Shown in pieces: positions 30,924 through 40,772 of a stretch of DNA of 64,000 nucleotides. Under the pieces are notes generated by a model. That model was not told the DNA's origin, did not search any database, and worked only from the letters and a program-made list of their open reading frames with translations. Positions within the stretch are counted from its first letter, which is position 1. The number at the start of each line of letters is the position of its first letter. Source of the stretch: Akkermansia muciniphila (GTDB taxonomy: Bacteria; Verrucomicrobiota; Verrucomicrobiia; Limisphaerales; UBA11320); contig CAMAVD010000001.1 in the NCBI GenBank assembly GCA_945861575.1, positions 3,458 to 67,457 of the forward strand, given 5' to 3'. A program made the translations under genes and the position numbers.

Positions 30924-33900
30924 CAATGAGGCGTGGATTGAGATGATTCTAGGGCTTGGGCTAGGTGCACGGACATCTCCTCCAGAGAGCTGGGTTTCAG
31001 GAGCAGCGATTGGATATTCAACTGGTCTGCCTCTCGCTGATCCTCGGGGCGGATAAATCCAGTAGTGAGTATTACCGCAATCCGCGGGTTGATTTGACGA
31101 AGGCCACGCACCAGATCGGCTCCGGTCATTCCTGGCATGGAGAGGTCGGTGATGACCGCCGCGTAAGTTCCAGGGCTTTGCTCGAACTGTTTCAACGCTT
31201 CCGCTGGCTGTGTGAAGGAGTGGACTTGGTATCCGAGTCGGCTTAGGACTCGTTCGGTCAAGTGGATCAATGCTTGGTCGTCATCCACTAGGAGCACGGC
31301 TTGTCCGTTGCCCCGCATGAAGGTAGGGTGAGGTGTTTGAGCCTGGCTGCTGGTTTCCCCGCACTCCCTGCGAGGGAATCGGAGTTCAAAGCGGGTGCCT
31401 ACGCCGAGTTGGCTTTCGAGTGATATCGATCCCCCCACTCGTTGCATGATTCCGTGAACAACGGCGAGCCCCAGGCCCGTTCCCTCATGCGGACCCTTGG
31501 TGGTGAAGAAAGGGTCGAAGGCTCGTTCGATGGTGTCGCGGTGCATGCCGATCCCCGTGTCAGACACGATGAGACAAACGTAGCTGCCGGGGGGGACTTG
31601 GGGAGAGGTGTGTGTAGAGGGAAGGATTTCTACTAGCGATTCCTCGAACCTAAGGATGCCTCCGCGCCCCTTCATGGCCTGGATCGCATTGGTCGCTAAG
31701 TTAACGATTACCTGATGAATCTGATTCGGATCTGCATGGATGGTGTCGGTGCCTTCGAGGAAGCGTGTTTCTATATGCACATCTGCCGGGAGAGCTACTT
31801 TGAGAAGATGGATAGCCTCATTCACTACGCTACTGAGTCTGAGAAAGTCCTTTTGCTGATCCTCCTGGCGACTGAAAGTCAGGATCTGCCGTACGAGGCC
31901 CGCTGCTCTTTTTGCGGCTCGGCCTACTTCCCGGAGACAGGTTTGAGCCGAGTGATTCTCCTCAAGATCCATCATCGCGAGTTGAGTGTTCCCTGCGATG
32001 GCGGTGAGGATGTTGTTGAAATCATGCGCGATTCCTCCGGCGAGTGTTCCTAACGCTTCCATCTTCTGAGCTTGCAAGAGTTTCTGCTCCAGACCCTGCC
32101 GAGCCCTTTCATTGGACTTCAGCTCCGTGACGTCGACGCAGGAGACGAAGAGCCCTGTGATCTCCTGCGCTCCGTGGTGGGGCATGACCGTAATCAGATG
32201 CGTCTGGGCCGCGGCACCAGGAACCGTCCACTCGAAGCGACGGGCCTCCCCCTTCAGTCCGAGCTGTAGTTGATCGACAAAGGGTGCGGTGACAGGGGAA
32301 GTGAGGAGTTGGCTTAGCGGGACCCCAGACTCGAGTATTTGATCAGGGCTGAAAAGTTGGACAAACGCTCGATTACACCAGATGGGACGGAGTTCTCGAT
32401 CAAGGTAGGCTAGGCTCGCGGGCGTGTTGGAGGCTACCAAGCGAAGAGTCTCTTCCATCTGACGCTTCTCCTTCTGTGTCTGGATGGCAGCTTGGAGTGC
32501 TCGAACTCTTCGACGATGCAAGAGCAGTAGCAACAGACCAAGCGCCGCTGTCGCGCTGATAGGTGCCCCAACGCGAAACCAGGGAGATTCCACGAGAAGG
32601 GGTGGGACATTGAGCGTGATTTCCGCAGGTTGGAGATCCGTAACCCCATCGCTGTTGGAGGCGCGCACCTGGAAGCGGTAGGTGCCGTAATCTGGCATGC
32701 TGATATGCATGATAGGGGAGTTGCCATTGGCAACCCAATCCTTGTCGGTTCCCAGCAGGCGGTACCCGTAAAAAACGCTTTCAGCCGCGGCTAGGCTGCT
32801 GCAGGTGAAGCGCAGGCTGATTTTGCGAGTCGTCGCGGGCAAGTCGATAGCCCCGTTCTTGGGATGGAAAACCTCTCCTGCATGAGTTGCGTAGCGGAAG
32901 TAGGCGAGAGGCGAGTTGGTGTTTAGGTGGAAACTGAGAGGGTCAATACTAGCGATACCTCGTTTGGTGGCGAACCAGAGGAGTCCGTCGGGCGTGACCG
33001 TGGATGCAGGGTGGCCGCTGCCTCTACAATTGTCGCTGATGAGTCCGGAGTTCTGTTTTAACGCCAGGGGAGTGAGATGTTTTTGGGTGCCTACCGCGAC
33101 GGCTTTGAGCTGCGCTAAATCAAATCGATAGAGTCCGAGTGTGGTGCTGCCCCAGATATGGCCATTCCCGTCATCCACGAGGGAAGAGACGCTGTGCGCA
33201 GGGGTTTCCTCCTGTGGGGGAATAAAGTGTGTTTCACCCGTGTCGCGCCTCCAGCCGATTCCTCCCCTCCTTAGAGTGAACCAGAAGCCGTCCACCGGAT
33301 CAATCAAAAGGCCTGTAACGATCCGATCAGGGATGTCAGGCGTTAAGACCAGTTTCTCGAGACCCTTTGGATGCCACCGATAGACACCATCGGTGCAGGC
33401 GATGAGCATATCCCGCGAAGATTTCTCCGCGAAAACGGTCACATCTCCCAACGGTGCATCCTCGTTTCCGTGGGACAGCTGGAACGTTTCTCCTTCCCTG
33501 CGCGCGAATCCGTCCTGAGTTCCTACCCACAGAACCCCGGCCGCATCCTCATGGAGTGCGAGGATCTTTGCCGTTGAATTTCGAGAGACTACGAAGCCCT
33601 CGACAATCGTGCCACCGCGCTCCTGGAGCAGACCCCGTGTGTCCGTGCCGATCCAGGTGGTTCCGTCTCGGGTGGTAATCGCCGTGTTGATACCGGCGCC
33701 TTCGGCGAGGTCGCCGAGCTGCGTTACGACGCCATCCTTCATCCGTCGGACCTTGCCGGTGCCGGTGGTGAAGAGAACGCCGCCGTCGGCGGTGGCGGCA
33801 ATGGAACCGATCTGGCTATCCATCAGGTCGGGCTCGAACGCCTGGCGCATCCTTATCCGCCGAGGCGTTAGTTGCAGCGCACCGACTGTGCCGAATCCGA

Positions 33901-34900
33901 TGAAGATTTCACCTTCTCGAGTTTCGAGAACCGAGGTGATATGGGAGCCGCTGAGGCCGTCGCTCGTCGTCACTCTGGAGGCGATACGACCTGGTCCAAA
34001 GAGAACCAGACTGCTTACGGAGCCGCCGACCCAGATCCGCCCCTGCGAGTCTTCAAGAATACTCAGCAGCGGGTCGCGAAATCCTTCGGGGAAGGGTAAG
34101 GTTTCAACGATCCGGTCCTCGATCACGCGGAGGAGTCGATGGGGTTCGGCAATCCAGAGCCCGCCGCTCCGCCTGGCTTCGGCCAGACCCGTCAGGTTGC
34201 TGGAGACGCCGAACGTTTGCCTTTTGGAGGTCCAGTTGGTCCCGTCCCAAAGGGCTAGGGCTTGGTCCGTTCTAACCCAAAGCCTGCCGGTGGAATCGCG
34301 GACCGGGCGCCAGGGTGATGAGTCCCGTGGATCTTTCTCCGGAACTGGGAAGGGTTTTGCTGACGTCTCTAATACCTGGAATAGCCCTTCCTTTGTGCCG
34401 AAGAGGATCTGGCGATTTTGCGTTTCTACCAGCCCTTGGATGAGCGTCCAAGGCTGATCCGGGGTTGGGGCGATGGCACGCCATTGGCGTTCCTCACGAA
34501 CGGCCAGTCCTTTGTCTGTGCCGACCCACAACCGTCCTTTGCTGTCGGACAGAAGGCTGACACAGGCATCCGTGTTGAGTCCTGTTTCTTTTTCGATGGA
34601 AAAATGACTCGCTGTGGCTAACGATTCGAGACGAGCTAACCCGTCGAAGGTGCCGATCCAGATAAATCCGTCCGACGCTTCGGTCATGCAGCGCGCTGTC
34701 GGGTGAGGTAGGCCGTTGTCCGTGCTCCAGGTGCGGAGGATAAAGTCTTGCCGGAGGTGCCTCCTGGTGTCTCTGGCCGGTTCTTGGGCCTTTGAAGGAC
34801 TGGCGGCGGTGAGGAGGTATAAGAGAAGCACCGGGACTTTCTTCCACCAGCTCCATTTCACGAGGGCGCCGACTCGTGCCGTTTGAGTAAACCTGTGCAT
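30923..34900 (-). CDS. hybrid sensor histidine kinase with periplasmic two-component-regulator propeller / Y_Y_Y sensor and C-terminal receiver
   Basis: 1325 aa. It has a signal/TM segment and many propeller repeats (IWVGT..GL). Further elements are the Y_Y_Y-type motif YRFQVRASNSDGV, the TM segment ATAALGLLLLLLH, a PAS domain and the H-box GGIAHDFNNILTAI. The ATPase G-box is GTGLGLAVVHGI and the receiver is VLLVDDD...ITDLSMPGMTG. Confidence 0.9.
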   Translation of the reverse strand: MHRFTQTARVGALVKWSWWKKVPVLLLYLLTAASPSKAQEPARDTRRHLRQDFILRTWSTDNGLPHPTARCMTEASDGFIWIGTFDGLARLESLATASHFSIEKETGLNTDACVSLLSDSKGRLWVGTDKGLAVREERQWRAIAPTPDQPWTLIQGLVETQNRQILFGTKEGLFQVLETSAKPFPVPEKDPRDSSPWRPVRDSTGRLWVRTDQALALWDGTNWTSKRQTFGVSSNLTGLAEARRSGGLWIAEPHRLLRVIEDRIVETLPFPEGFRDPLLSILEDSQGRIWVGGSVSSLVLFGPGRIASRVTTSDGLSGSHITSVLETREGEIFIGFGTVGALQLTPRRIRMRQAFEPDLMDSQIGSIAATADGGVLFTTGTGKVRRMKDGVVTQLGDLAEGAGINTAITTRDGTTWIGTDTRGLLQERGGTIVEGFVVSRNSTAKILALHEDAAGVLWVGTQDGFARREGETFQLSHGNEDAPLGDVTVFAEKSSRDMLIACTDGVYRWHPKGLEKLVLTPDIPDRIVTGLLIDPVDGFWFTLRRGGIGWRRDTGETHFIPPQEETPAHSVSSLVDDGNGHIWGSTTLGLYRFDLAQLKAVAVGTQKHLTPLALKQNSGLISDNCRGSGHPASTVTPDGLLWFATKRGIASIDPLSFHLNTNSPLAYFRYATHAGEVFHPKNGAIDLPATTRKISLRFTCSSLAAAESVFYGYRLLGTDKDWVANGNSPIMHISMPDYGTYRFQVRASNSDGVTDLQPAEITLNVPPLLVESPWFRVGAPISATAALGLLLLLLHRRRVRALQAAIQTQKEKRQMEETLRLVASNTPASLAYLDRELRPIWCNRAFVQLFSPDQILESGVPLSQLLTSPVTAPFVDQLQLGLKGEARRFEWTVPGAAAQTHLITVMPHHGAQEITGLFVSCVDVTELKSNERARQGLEQKLLQAQKMEALGTLAGGIAHDFNNILTAIAGNTQLAMMDLEENHSAQTCLREVGRAAKRAAGLVRQILTFSRQEDQQKDFLRLSSVVNEAIHLLKVALPADVHIETRFLEGTDTIHADPNQIHQVIVNLATNAIQAMKGRGGILRFEESLVEILPSTHTSPQVPPGSYVCLIVSDTGIGMHRDTIERAFDPFFTTKGPHEGTGLGLAVVHGIMQRVGGSISLESQLGVGTRFELRFPRRECGETSSQAQTPHPTFMRGNGQAVLLVDDDQALIHLTERVLSRLGYQVHSFTQPAEALKQFEQSPGTYAAVITDLSMPGMTGADLVRGLRQINPRIAVILTTGFIRPEDQREADQLNIQSLLLKPSSLEEMSVHLAQALESSQSTPH

Positions 34901-34950
34901 GGGAAAAAGTTGTGCCCCTCTTCTAGTGGGTCTCCGCCAAGAGATCCAGC

Positions 34951-36867
34951 CTAGGTTTTAGGCGCGCCTTGTGTTGCTGGGCGAAGCGGTTGAAATTCGG
35001 CTTTGTCCTTAAGACTTGGATCTAGCCCTGGTGTGGAATTCAGGAGAGGCAGTGCGAGGTAGAAGGTGGCTCCGACATCCGTGCGGCCCTCTGCCCAGAC
35101 GCGCCCGCCGTGCCGGTGTACGATACGTCGGACGTTGGCCAGCCCGATGCCTGTTCCCTCGAACTCTTTCTCGGAGTGGAGCCGTTGAAAGGCACCGAAG
35201 AGCTTCCCTGCGTAGTCCATGTCGAAACCGACCCCGTTGTCACGGATGTATAGAATCACCTCCGAACTCTCTTTGGAGGTGTCCTGGGAACCGATCTCTA
35301 TCAGCGCCTGCGGCCGCGGTTGGGTGTACTTCAGGGCGTTGCTCAGGATGTTCAGGAGGCCCTGCCGCATGAGCGACGGGTCGACGTAGAGGCGGGGAAG
35401 CGGATGCACCACCCAGCGAATATGTCGGCCCTTTGCCTCGGGCGTCAGTTCACCGAGGACGTCCCTCATAAGGGCGTCCCCCTCCACCCACTGCTTTTGC
35501 AAGGTCGATCGTCCGAGGTGGGAGAGGCCTAGGAGACCGTCGATCAGCTCGGTCATCCGATTTGCGGCTTGGCGAACATGACGGATGCATCGAATGGATT
35601 CATCCCCCAGCTTTCCCTTTTCCTCCTCCTCCAAGACTTGGATGAAGCCGTTGATATGACGCAGGGGTGCTCTTAGATCGTGAGATACGGAATAGGAAAA
35701 TGCTTCGAGTTCCTCGTTCAAGGCATCCACTTCGGCGATCCTGCGCTGGAGTTGCTCGGTGCGCTCCTGTACTTGGAGTTCTAGGGCCGAATTCAGGCGT
35801 TGGATGGCCTGAGTAGCCAGGACCTGCTCAGTGACGTCCAACACAATGCAGAAGATGAGCAATCTCCCCGAAACGGTCAGTGGACATCCATAGACCTCCA
35901 CGTGGCGCTGCCGCGCTTCCGCTGTGGTTTGGACAAGATGGAAGAGGTCGACTTCGCTGGCCAGAACGCGGCCCAGGAGCGCCTGAATTTGTGCGGTGGA
36001 TCCGCAGCCCAGGTCCTGGAACCGTGTGCGACGGAGATCCTCCAGGTTGCGGCCGTAAAACCGTGAGGCGGCCAGATTCGCGTCCACGATCTCGCCCGAG
36101 CCAGGGTGGACCAGTAGCTTCACGGCATTATTCTTTTCGAACATGTCGCGGTAGACGTCCTCGCTCTGCCTCAGGGCATCCTGGGCCTGCCGCCGCTCGC
36201 GGATATCGCGAGCCACAAACTGGATTTGGGAGGGACGGTGCTCGCGTCTGAGGACCCTACAGCGTACCTCCACCGGAACCAGTTCCTTCCCTGCTGTTCT
36301 CAGTCTCAGTTCCATGATGCTAGAGGGCTCGAACGATGAAGGGTGTGCGATGAGATCGCTCAGTTCTCGTCCGGTGAGCAGTAGATCCTCGAGCAGGCTT
36401 CCGACCAGCTGCGGGCGGGTGAAGCCCGTGAGTCGCTCACCTGCTCGGTTGACGCTCAGGATGCGGCCATCCGGGGCGCAATTTAGGATGAGGTCGGGTG
36501 CGTTTTCCACCCACTCGTTGAACTCGTTTTCGAGCGCTTGCTCCTGTATCCGCTGGCGGTGGAGTTGAAGTGCCTGGGCGGCGAGGCGGCGACGGAGCCG
36601 AAAACCCCATGCCATGGAGAGAAGTGCGAGGAGGGCCAAACACCCGGTTGCCCACCAAGCGAAGGAGGTGTTCTCAATCGGTTGGGGAACCTGGCTGAGC
36701 AGGCTTACCGCTGCCAGCATGGGGGTGGCCGTGCTGGGCTTTCCGGATGCTCGAGCCATCAGCATTGCTTCGGTGGGCAGGGGGTCACCGTTCGCCGTGG
36801 CGGCGGACAGCAACCGCGGCCACGCCCGTGTGGGTGCCAATGCGAGCGTTCTTTTGCAACGCAACAT
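34951..36867 (-). CDS. PAS-domain sensor histidine kinase
   Basis: One TM segment (FAWWATGCLALLALLSMAWGF), two PAS-like regions, the H-box FSYSVSHDLRAPLRHINGF, and the ATPase motifs IRDNGVGF / GTGIGLANVRRIV. The start is uncertain; several in-frame Met codons occur before the TM segment. Confidence 0.85.
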   Translation of the reverse strand: MLRCKRTLALAPTRAWPRLLSAATANGDPLPTEAMLMARASGKPSTATPMLAAVSLLSQVPQPIENTSFAWWATGCLALLALLSMAWGFRLRRRLAAQALQLHRQRIQEQALENEFNEWVENAPDLILNCAPDGRILSVNRAGERLTGFTRPQLVGSLLEDLLLTGRELSDLIAHPSSFEPSSIMELRLRTAGKELVPVEVRCRVLRREHRPSQIQFVARDIRERRQAQDALRQSEDVYRDMFEKNNAVKLLVHPGSGEIVDANLAASRFYGRNLEDLRRTRFQDLGCGSTAQIQALLGRVLASEVDLFHLVQTTAEARQRHVEVYGCPLTVSGRLLIFCIVLDVTEQVLATQAIQRLNSALELQVQERTEQLQRRIAEVDALNEELEAFSYSVSHDLRAPLRHINGFIQVLEEEEKGKLGDESIRCIRHVRQAANRMTELIDGLLGLSHLGRSTLQKQWVEGDALMRDVLGELTPEAKGRHIRWVVHPLPRLYVDPSLMRQGLLNILSNALKYTQPRPQALIEIGSQDTSKESSEVILYIRDNGVGFDMDYAGKLFGAFQRLHSEKEFEGTGIGLANVRRIVHRHGGRVWAEGRTDVGATFYLALPLLNSTPGLDPSLKDKAEFQPLRPATQGAPKT

Positions 36868-36981
36868 ACAATGAACCCAGGCGGTAATCAGAAACTTTGA
36901 GTGGGCAGCCGTGGGTTGTGGGCGAACTGTAGGCGTCGTGGTTGGGAAATGGAAAGCAAAAGGTGGAAGTACCCGCGGAGC

Positions 36982-38127
36982 TCAGATTGGCACGGAAGCT
37001 CGGCGAAGTCGGTCTGCTATGCCTGCCCACTCCGGTAGATCGGGCAGGGCCTCCAGCACAATGAGCTCCACTCCTGAGTCATCGCAGCGATGTAGTTCCG
37101 CATAGAGCGCACGTGCGAAGGCTTCCGCATCGTGGGGAATCACACTCACCGCTCCCAGGGCACGGCCCGAGGGTATCAGAGTGTGGCTGACGATATGGGT
37201 CTTCAGCCCTTCCAGGCCCCGATCCCGAAGCTGGCGGTCCAGGTCAGCACCCTCTTTCCAATGGAGAAGGAGCAGTTGAGCCTTCGGTGAGTAGTGTCGC
37301 TCCAACTGCCCGGGGCTCCTTAATACCTCCCCGGAGACCTGCGGCCCGGTTTCCAGGGGCACTAGACGGGAGATCTCGTTGGCGTGGATCATTCCAGGTC
37401 GGAGGAGTCGCGCGGGTCTCACGCTCAGATCCACCACTGTTGATTCGATGCCGACTTGTGACTGACCTCCGTCGACGATCAGAGGGATGAGGCCTCCAAG
37501 GCTCTTAAGAACATGCGCGGCACTCGTAGGGGACACTTGATTCGCAGGATTCGCGCTTGGAGCCGCCAGGGGGAAGCCGCATCGGTGGATAACGGCCTGC
37601 ATGAACGGATGCCCCGGCCAGCGGATCCCCACCGTGGTTCCCCCTGCGCTGACGTTGCTGGGGATTTCCGGACGCTTTGGGAGTATGAGGGTTAACGGCC
37701 CAGGCCAAAAAGCCTCAGCGAGTCTGCGTGCCTCCTCCGGCCAACAGGAGACGCACTGATGAATCATCTCCACCGACGCCACATGAACGATGATGGGATT
37801 GTTTTCGGGGCGGCCTTTGACAGCGTAAATTTTAGCCACAGCCTCAGCGTTTAAGGCGTTGGCTGCGAGGCCGTAGACCGTCTCCGTAGGAATCCCAACT
37901 ACTTCCCCTGCAGTCAGGTAGCCGGCCGCCATCTTTACCGCGTCCCGGAACTGCTGCGGGCTGAGTATCGGTAGGACATAGGTCCCTTTTTTGGAGGGTG
38001 ATGGCTGCTCTGGAACGAGGTTTGATCCTTGGAGGGTCACGGCTGTCTGTCGGGGTTTTCGAGCGCGGGTTGGCCGTGTGCGGAAGGAACTATGTGTATA
38101 AAAAACTAGCGGGTTTTGGGATGACAC
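36982..38127 (-). CDS. tsaC: L-threonylcarbamoyladenylate synthase, Sua5 type (YrdC domain plus Sua5 C-terminal domain)
   Basis: VVGIPTETVYGLAANALN, GPLTLIL, APSAN, and the C-terminal Sua5 domain. The first ~50 codons (Arg/Pro/Ser-rich) are probably not translated. The true start is likely nearer 37980, but no ATG is available there. Confidence 0.85.
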   Translation of the reverse strand: MSSQNPLVFYTHSSFRTRPTRARKPRQTAVTLQGSNLVPEQPSPSKKGTYVLPILSPQQFRDAVKMAAGYLTAGEVVGIPTETVYGLAANALNAEAVAKIYAVKGRPENNPIIVHVASVEMIHQCVSCWPEEARRLAEAFWPGPLTLILPKRPEIPSNVSAGGTTVGIRWPGHPFMQAVIHRCGFPLAAPSANPANQVSPTSAAHVLKSLGGLIPLIVDGGQSQVGIESTVVDLSVRPARLLRPGMIHANEISRLVPLETGPQVSGEVLRSPGQLERHYSPKAQLLLLHWKEGADLDRQLRDRGLEGLKTHIVSHTLIPSGRALGAVSVIPHDAEAFARALYAELHRCDDSGVELIVLEALPDLPEWAGIADRLRRASVPI

Positions 38128-38395
38128 ACAGATTCACATCGCCAAAACCCGCCACTCCGCCCACACGGGAGGATTAATTCGCCAATCGAGAAACGTCCGC
38201 ACACTAAATGACCTTAGGTGTACTTGGCCTGCTAGGTTGACTTGTGATTACATTGCCCCACTCCCGCAGGAACGTCAAACGTTTTCATGGAGAACCGGCA
38301 AAAAGATTCCTCCGAACACCCAGGGTTTTGGAGGCGTGGCTGGAAGCGCGGCTAGCAGGTGTGCGTTGGGGTGGGTTCGGCCCTGCTCGAGGCGG

Positions 38396-39718
38396 CTACG
38401 GCTGACTCACGTTCGGCAGAGTTCCAGAGGCTGTTGGGGCAGGCAAGCGCTTGTAGAGCACTTTGGACTTGCGGCCGCTTTGTTCGTATTTTTCGCGTCG
38501 AAGAGCAGGGAGCATATCGCTTGAACCTTCGCTAAAACCGCCCTTGCTCTGGAAATAGGTGAACGCCTGGGTCGAGAGGGCGAAGAGAACCTTCACGCTC
38601 TGCTCCTTGGCCTTGTTCTCGATGAATTGCAGCAGTTTGCGCCCGATCCCCTGGTTCTCGTGAGCGCGGCTTACAAAGAGGCAGGCGAGTTCTGCGGCGT
38701 TATCCTCCAGAAGCGGGTGCAAGGCCACGCAGCCGACGATGTTGCGGTCGAGTTCGTAGACCCAATAGTCCCCAAGCTGCTTCTCGATACTCGCACGGGT
38801 CCGCTTCACCAGTTCTTCCGATTCCACCGAACTCTTGATGAGTTGCAGGATGTTGCGGATGTCTTTTCGGAGAGCGGGTCGAATCTCGGTATACTCGTTG
38901 GCGTAGACCAAGGTGCCTATTCCTTCATTGGAGAAGACTTCAGCGAGGAGTGCTTCGTTCACCAGCCCATTGATCACGTGTACTCGCGGTATACCGAGCT
39001 TGCACGCCTGGGCCGCATGAATGGCCTTGGAGAGGCAATCCGCTTGAAAATCGGAGCGCCGGGCGGACAGCTGCGCCGCGAGACTGCTCGCCAGGATGTC
39101 CGAGATGCGCTGGCCTTGGAAGAAGATGCCGTCTTGACTGCCCACAAAAAGCAGTTTTACCGCCTTGAGAGCATCTGCGACCGCCACGGCGACATGATCC
39201 GAGTTCACTCGGTAGGTGCGCCCTTCGCCATCGAATCCCAACGGAGGCAGGATCGGGATAATCCCCTGGCTGAGCAAGGATTGGAGCATTTCCACGTCCA
39301 CCCGTTCCACCTTGCCGGTGTACAAGTGATCTACTGAGTTCAAGATCCCGAGGGGATGCGCAATCACGGCGTTGGTCGAAACGGCTCGAAGGTCGTTGGC
39401 GGACAGTCCTTCAAGGATTTCGTGTGTGAGTCGATTTGCGCCCGTCAGTGCCAGTTTGAGTGTCGGGCCATCTGTGATGCCCGTGCCTTCCAGGTCGCTC
39501 GCCGTAATCCCTTGGTCCTGCGCAAGCTGCTGGATCTGCGCGGCGGCACCATGCACCAGAACGACGCGGATGTTCAGGGAGCGAAGAACCGCGATGTCCT
39601 GGAGAAAACTTGCGAAAATCTCATCCATGACGACCGCTGCATCGATGCTCAGAACAAAGGTCTTTTCTCGGAACCGGGGAACGTATTGGAGGATCCCCCG
39701 CAGATTGGTTAGCTTCAT
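38396..39718 (-). CDS. argA: amino-acid N-acetyltransferase (N-acetylglutamate synthase), amino-acid-kinase domain plus GNAT domain
   Basis: N-terminal AAK fold (FVLSIDAAV...IRVVLVHGAAAQI...) and a C-terminal GNAT with the acetyl-CoA loop HENQGIGRKLLQFIENKA. Confidence 0.85.
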   Translation of the reverse strand: MKLTNLRGILQYVPRFREKTFVLSIDAAVVMDEIFASFLQDIAVLRSLNIRVVLVHGAAAQIQQLAQDQGITASDLEGTGITDGPTLKLALTGANRLTHEILEGLSANDLRAVSTNAVIAHPLGILNSVDHLYTGKVERVDVEMLQSLLSQGIIPILPPLGFDGEGRTYRVNSDHVAVAVADALKAVKLLFVGSQDGIFFQGQRISDILASSLAAQLSARRSDFQADCLSKAIHAAQACKLGIPRVHVINGLVNEALLAEVFSNEGIGTLVYANEYTEIRPALRKDIRNILQLIKSSVESEELVKRTRASIEKQLGDYWVYELDRNIVGCVALHPLLEDNAAELACLFVSRAHENQGIGRKLLQFIENKAKEQSVKVLFALSTQAFTYFQSKGGFSEGSSDMLPALRREKYEQSGRKSKVLYKRLPAPTASGTLPNVSQP

Positions 39719-39854
39719 TGCAAATGGTTGCCGGTCGCGCCCTGGGTCGGGGCGTCGTTTTCAGTGTTGCGACTAAAAATCCCTTTGCCGCGAGGCGCAA
39801 TGCAAAACTTCGAAATCGTTGAAGTCTGGAGCGTTCCCAGGCAATCTGGGGTCG

Positions 39855-40748
39855 ATGGAATTCATTCGCGACATTCATGCCCGCTGTAAGCTCGAGGGAC
39901 GCCCTGCTGTCTCCTTCGAATTTTTCCCACCGAAGACCGACGAGGGCGAGCGCGCTTTGTATGAGCGCACCATGCCGGAGCTCATGACCCTGAAGCCGGA
40001 CTATTTTTCCGTCACCTATGGGGCAGGCGGCAGCACACGCGACAAGACCTTGGGAATTGTGGACCGCATCCAGCGCGACTTTTCTCTCACCGGGATGGCG
40101 CATTTGACCTGCGTTGGCTCTACTATAGCTCAGCTGGCTGACGTGCTGGACGAGGCTCAGAGCCGAGGGATCCGGAATATCCTCGCACTCCGCGGCGATC
40201 CTCCTGGGGGACAGGGTGATTTCGTCAAGACCGAGGGTGGATTCGAATTCTCCCACCAGTTGGTCAGTTTCATCCAAAAGCGCGGGGGTTTCTCCATCGG
40301 TACCGCAGGCTTTCCTGAAGGCCACATCGCCTGCGTAGAAGGTCGTGAAACAGACTGGCGGCGTCTAAAAAGTAAGATCGATGCGGGCGCGGACTTTGTC
40401 CTGACCCAGCTCTTTTTTGATAACGAGGACTTCTTCCGGTTTAGGGACTTTCTCTCCGGCCTAGGCAACAAGGTGTCCATGGTTCCGGGTATCATCCCGA
40501 TCCTGAATGCGTCTCAAATTAAGAAGTTCACCACCCTGTGTGGCGCGCGCATTCCGGATCGTCTTATGCGGGAGTTGGACCGTTTGGTCGACGACGATGC
40601 TGCGGCGATCGAGTTTGGAATCCAATACGCCACGGAGCAATGTGAGGAACTTCTTCGCGCCGGTGTGCCGGGGCTTCACTTTTACTCGCTCAATAAGGCC
40701 CGTTCAACCTGTAGCGTCGTTCGCAATTTAGGCCTGGCCCGTTCCTAA
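39855..40748 (+). CDS. metF: 5,10-methylenetetrahydrofolate reductase
   Basis: Start at ATG 39855 (MEFIRDIH). Motifs SFEFFPPKT, VTYGAGGSTR, HLTC, ALRGDPP, TQLFFD. Confidence 0.95.
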   Translation: MEFIRDIHARCKLEGRPAVSFEFFPPKTDEGERALYERTMPELMTLKPDYFSVTYGAGGSTRDKTLGIVDRIQRDFSLTGMAHLTCVGSTIAQLADVLDEAQSRGIRNILALRGDPPGGQGDFVKTEGGFEFSHQLVSFIQKRGGFSIGTAGFPEGHIACVEGRETDWRRLKSKIDAGADFVLTQLFFDNEDFFRFRDFLSGLGNKVSMVPGIIPILNASQIKKFTTLCGARIPDRLMRELDRLVDDDAAAIEFGIQYATEQCEELLRAGVPGLHFYSLNKARSTCSVVRNLGLARS

Positions 40749-40772
40749 ACGGCTCGCTTCCCCTCATCGACT

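Noticed and set aside
38310-38335. Possible terminator for argA (CCTCC...GGAGG followed by a short T-run on the minus strand)
   Set aside because: It has only a 5-bp closing stem with a 16-nt poorly paired interior, which is too weak to report as a feature.
38370-38395. tRNA-like T-loop string GGGTTCGGCCC in the gap between argA and tsaC
   Set aside because: No flanking acceptor or anticodon stems can be drawn, and the T-loop consensus GTTCRANYC is not satisfied.
39719-39854. Possible riboswitch upstream of metF
   Set aside because: The region is only 136 nt and shared with the divergent argA promoter. No conserved riboswitch core was recognisable.
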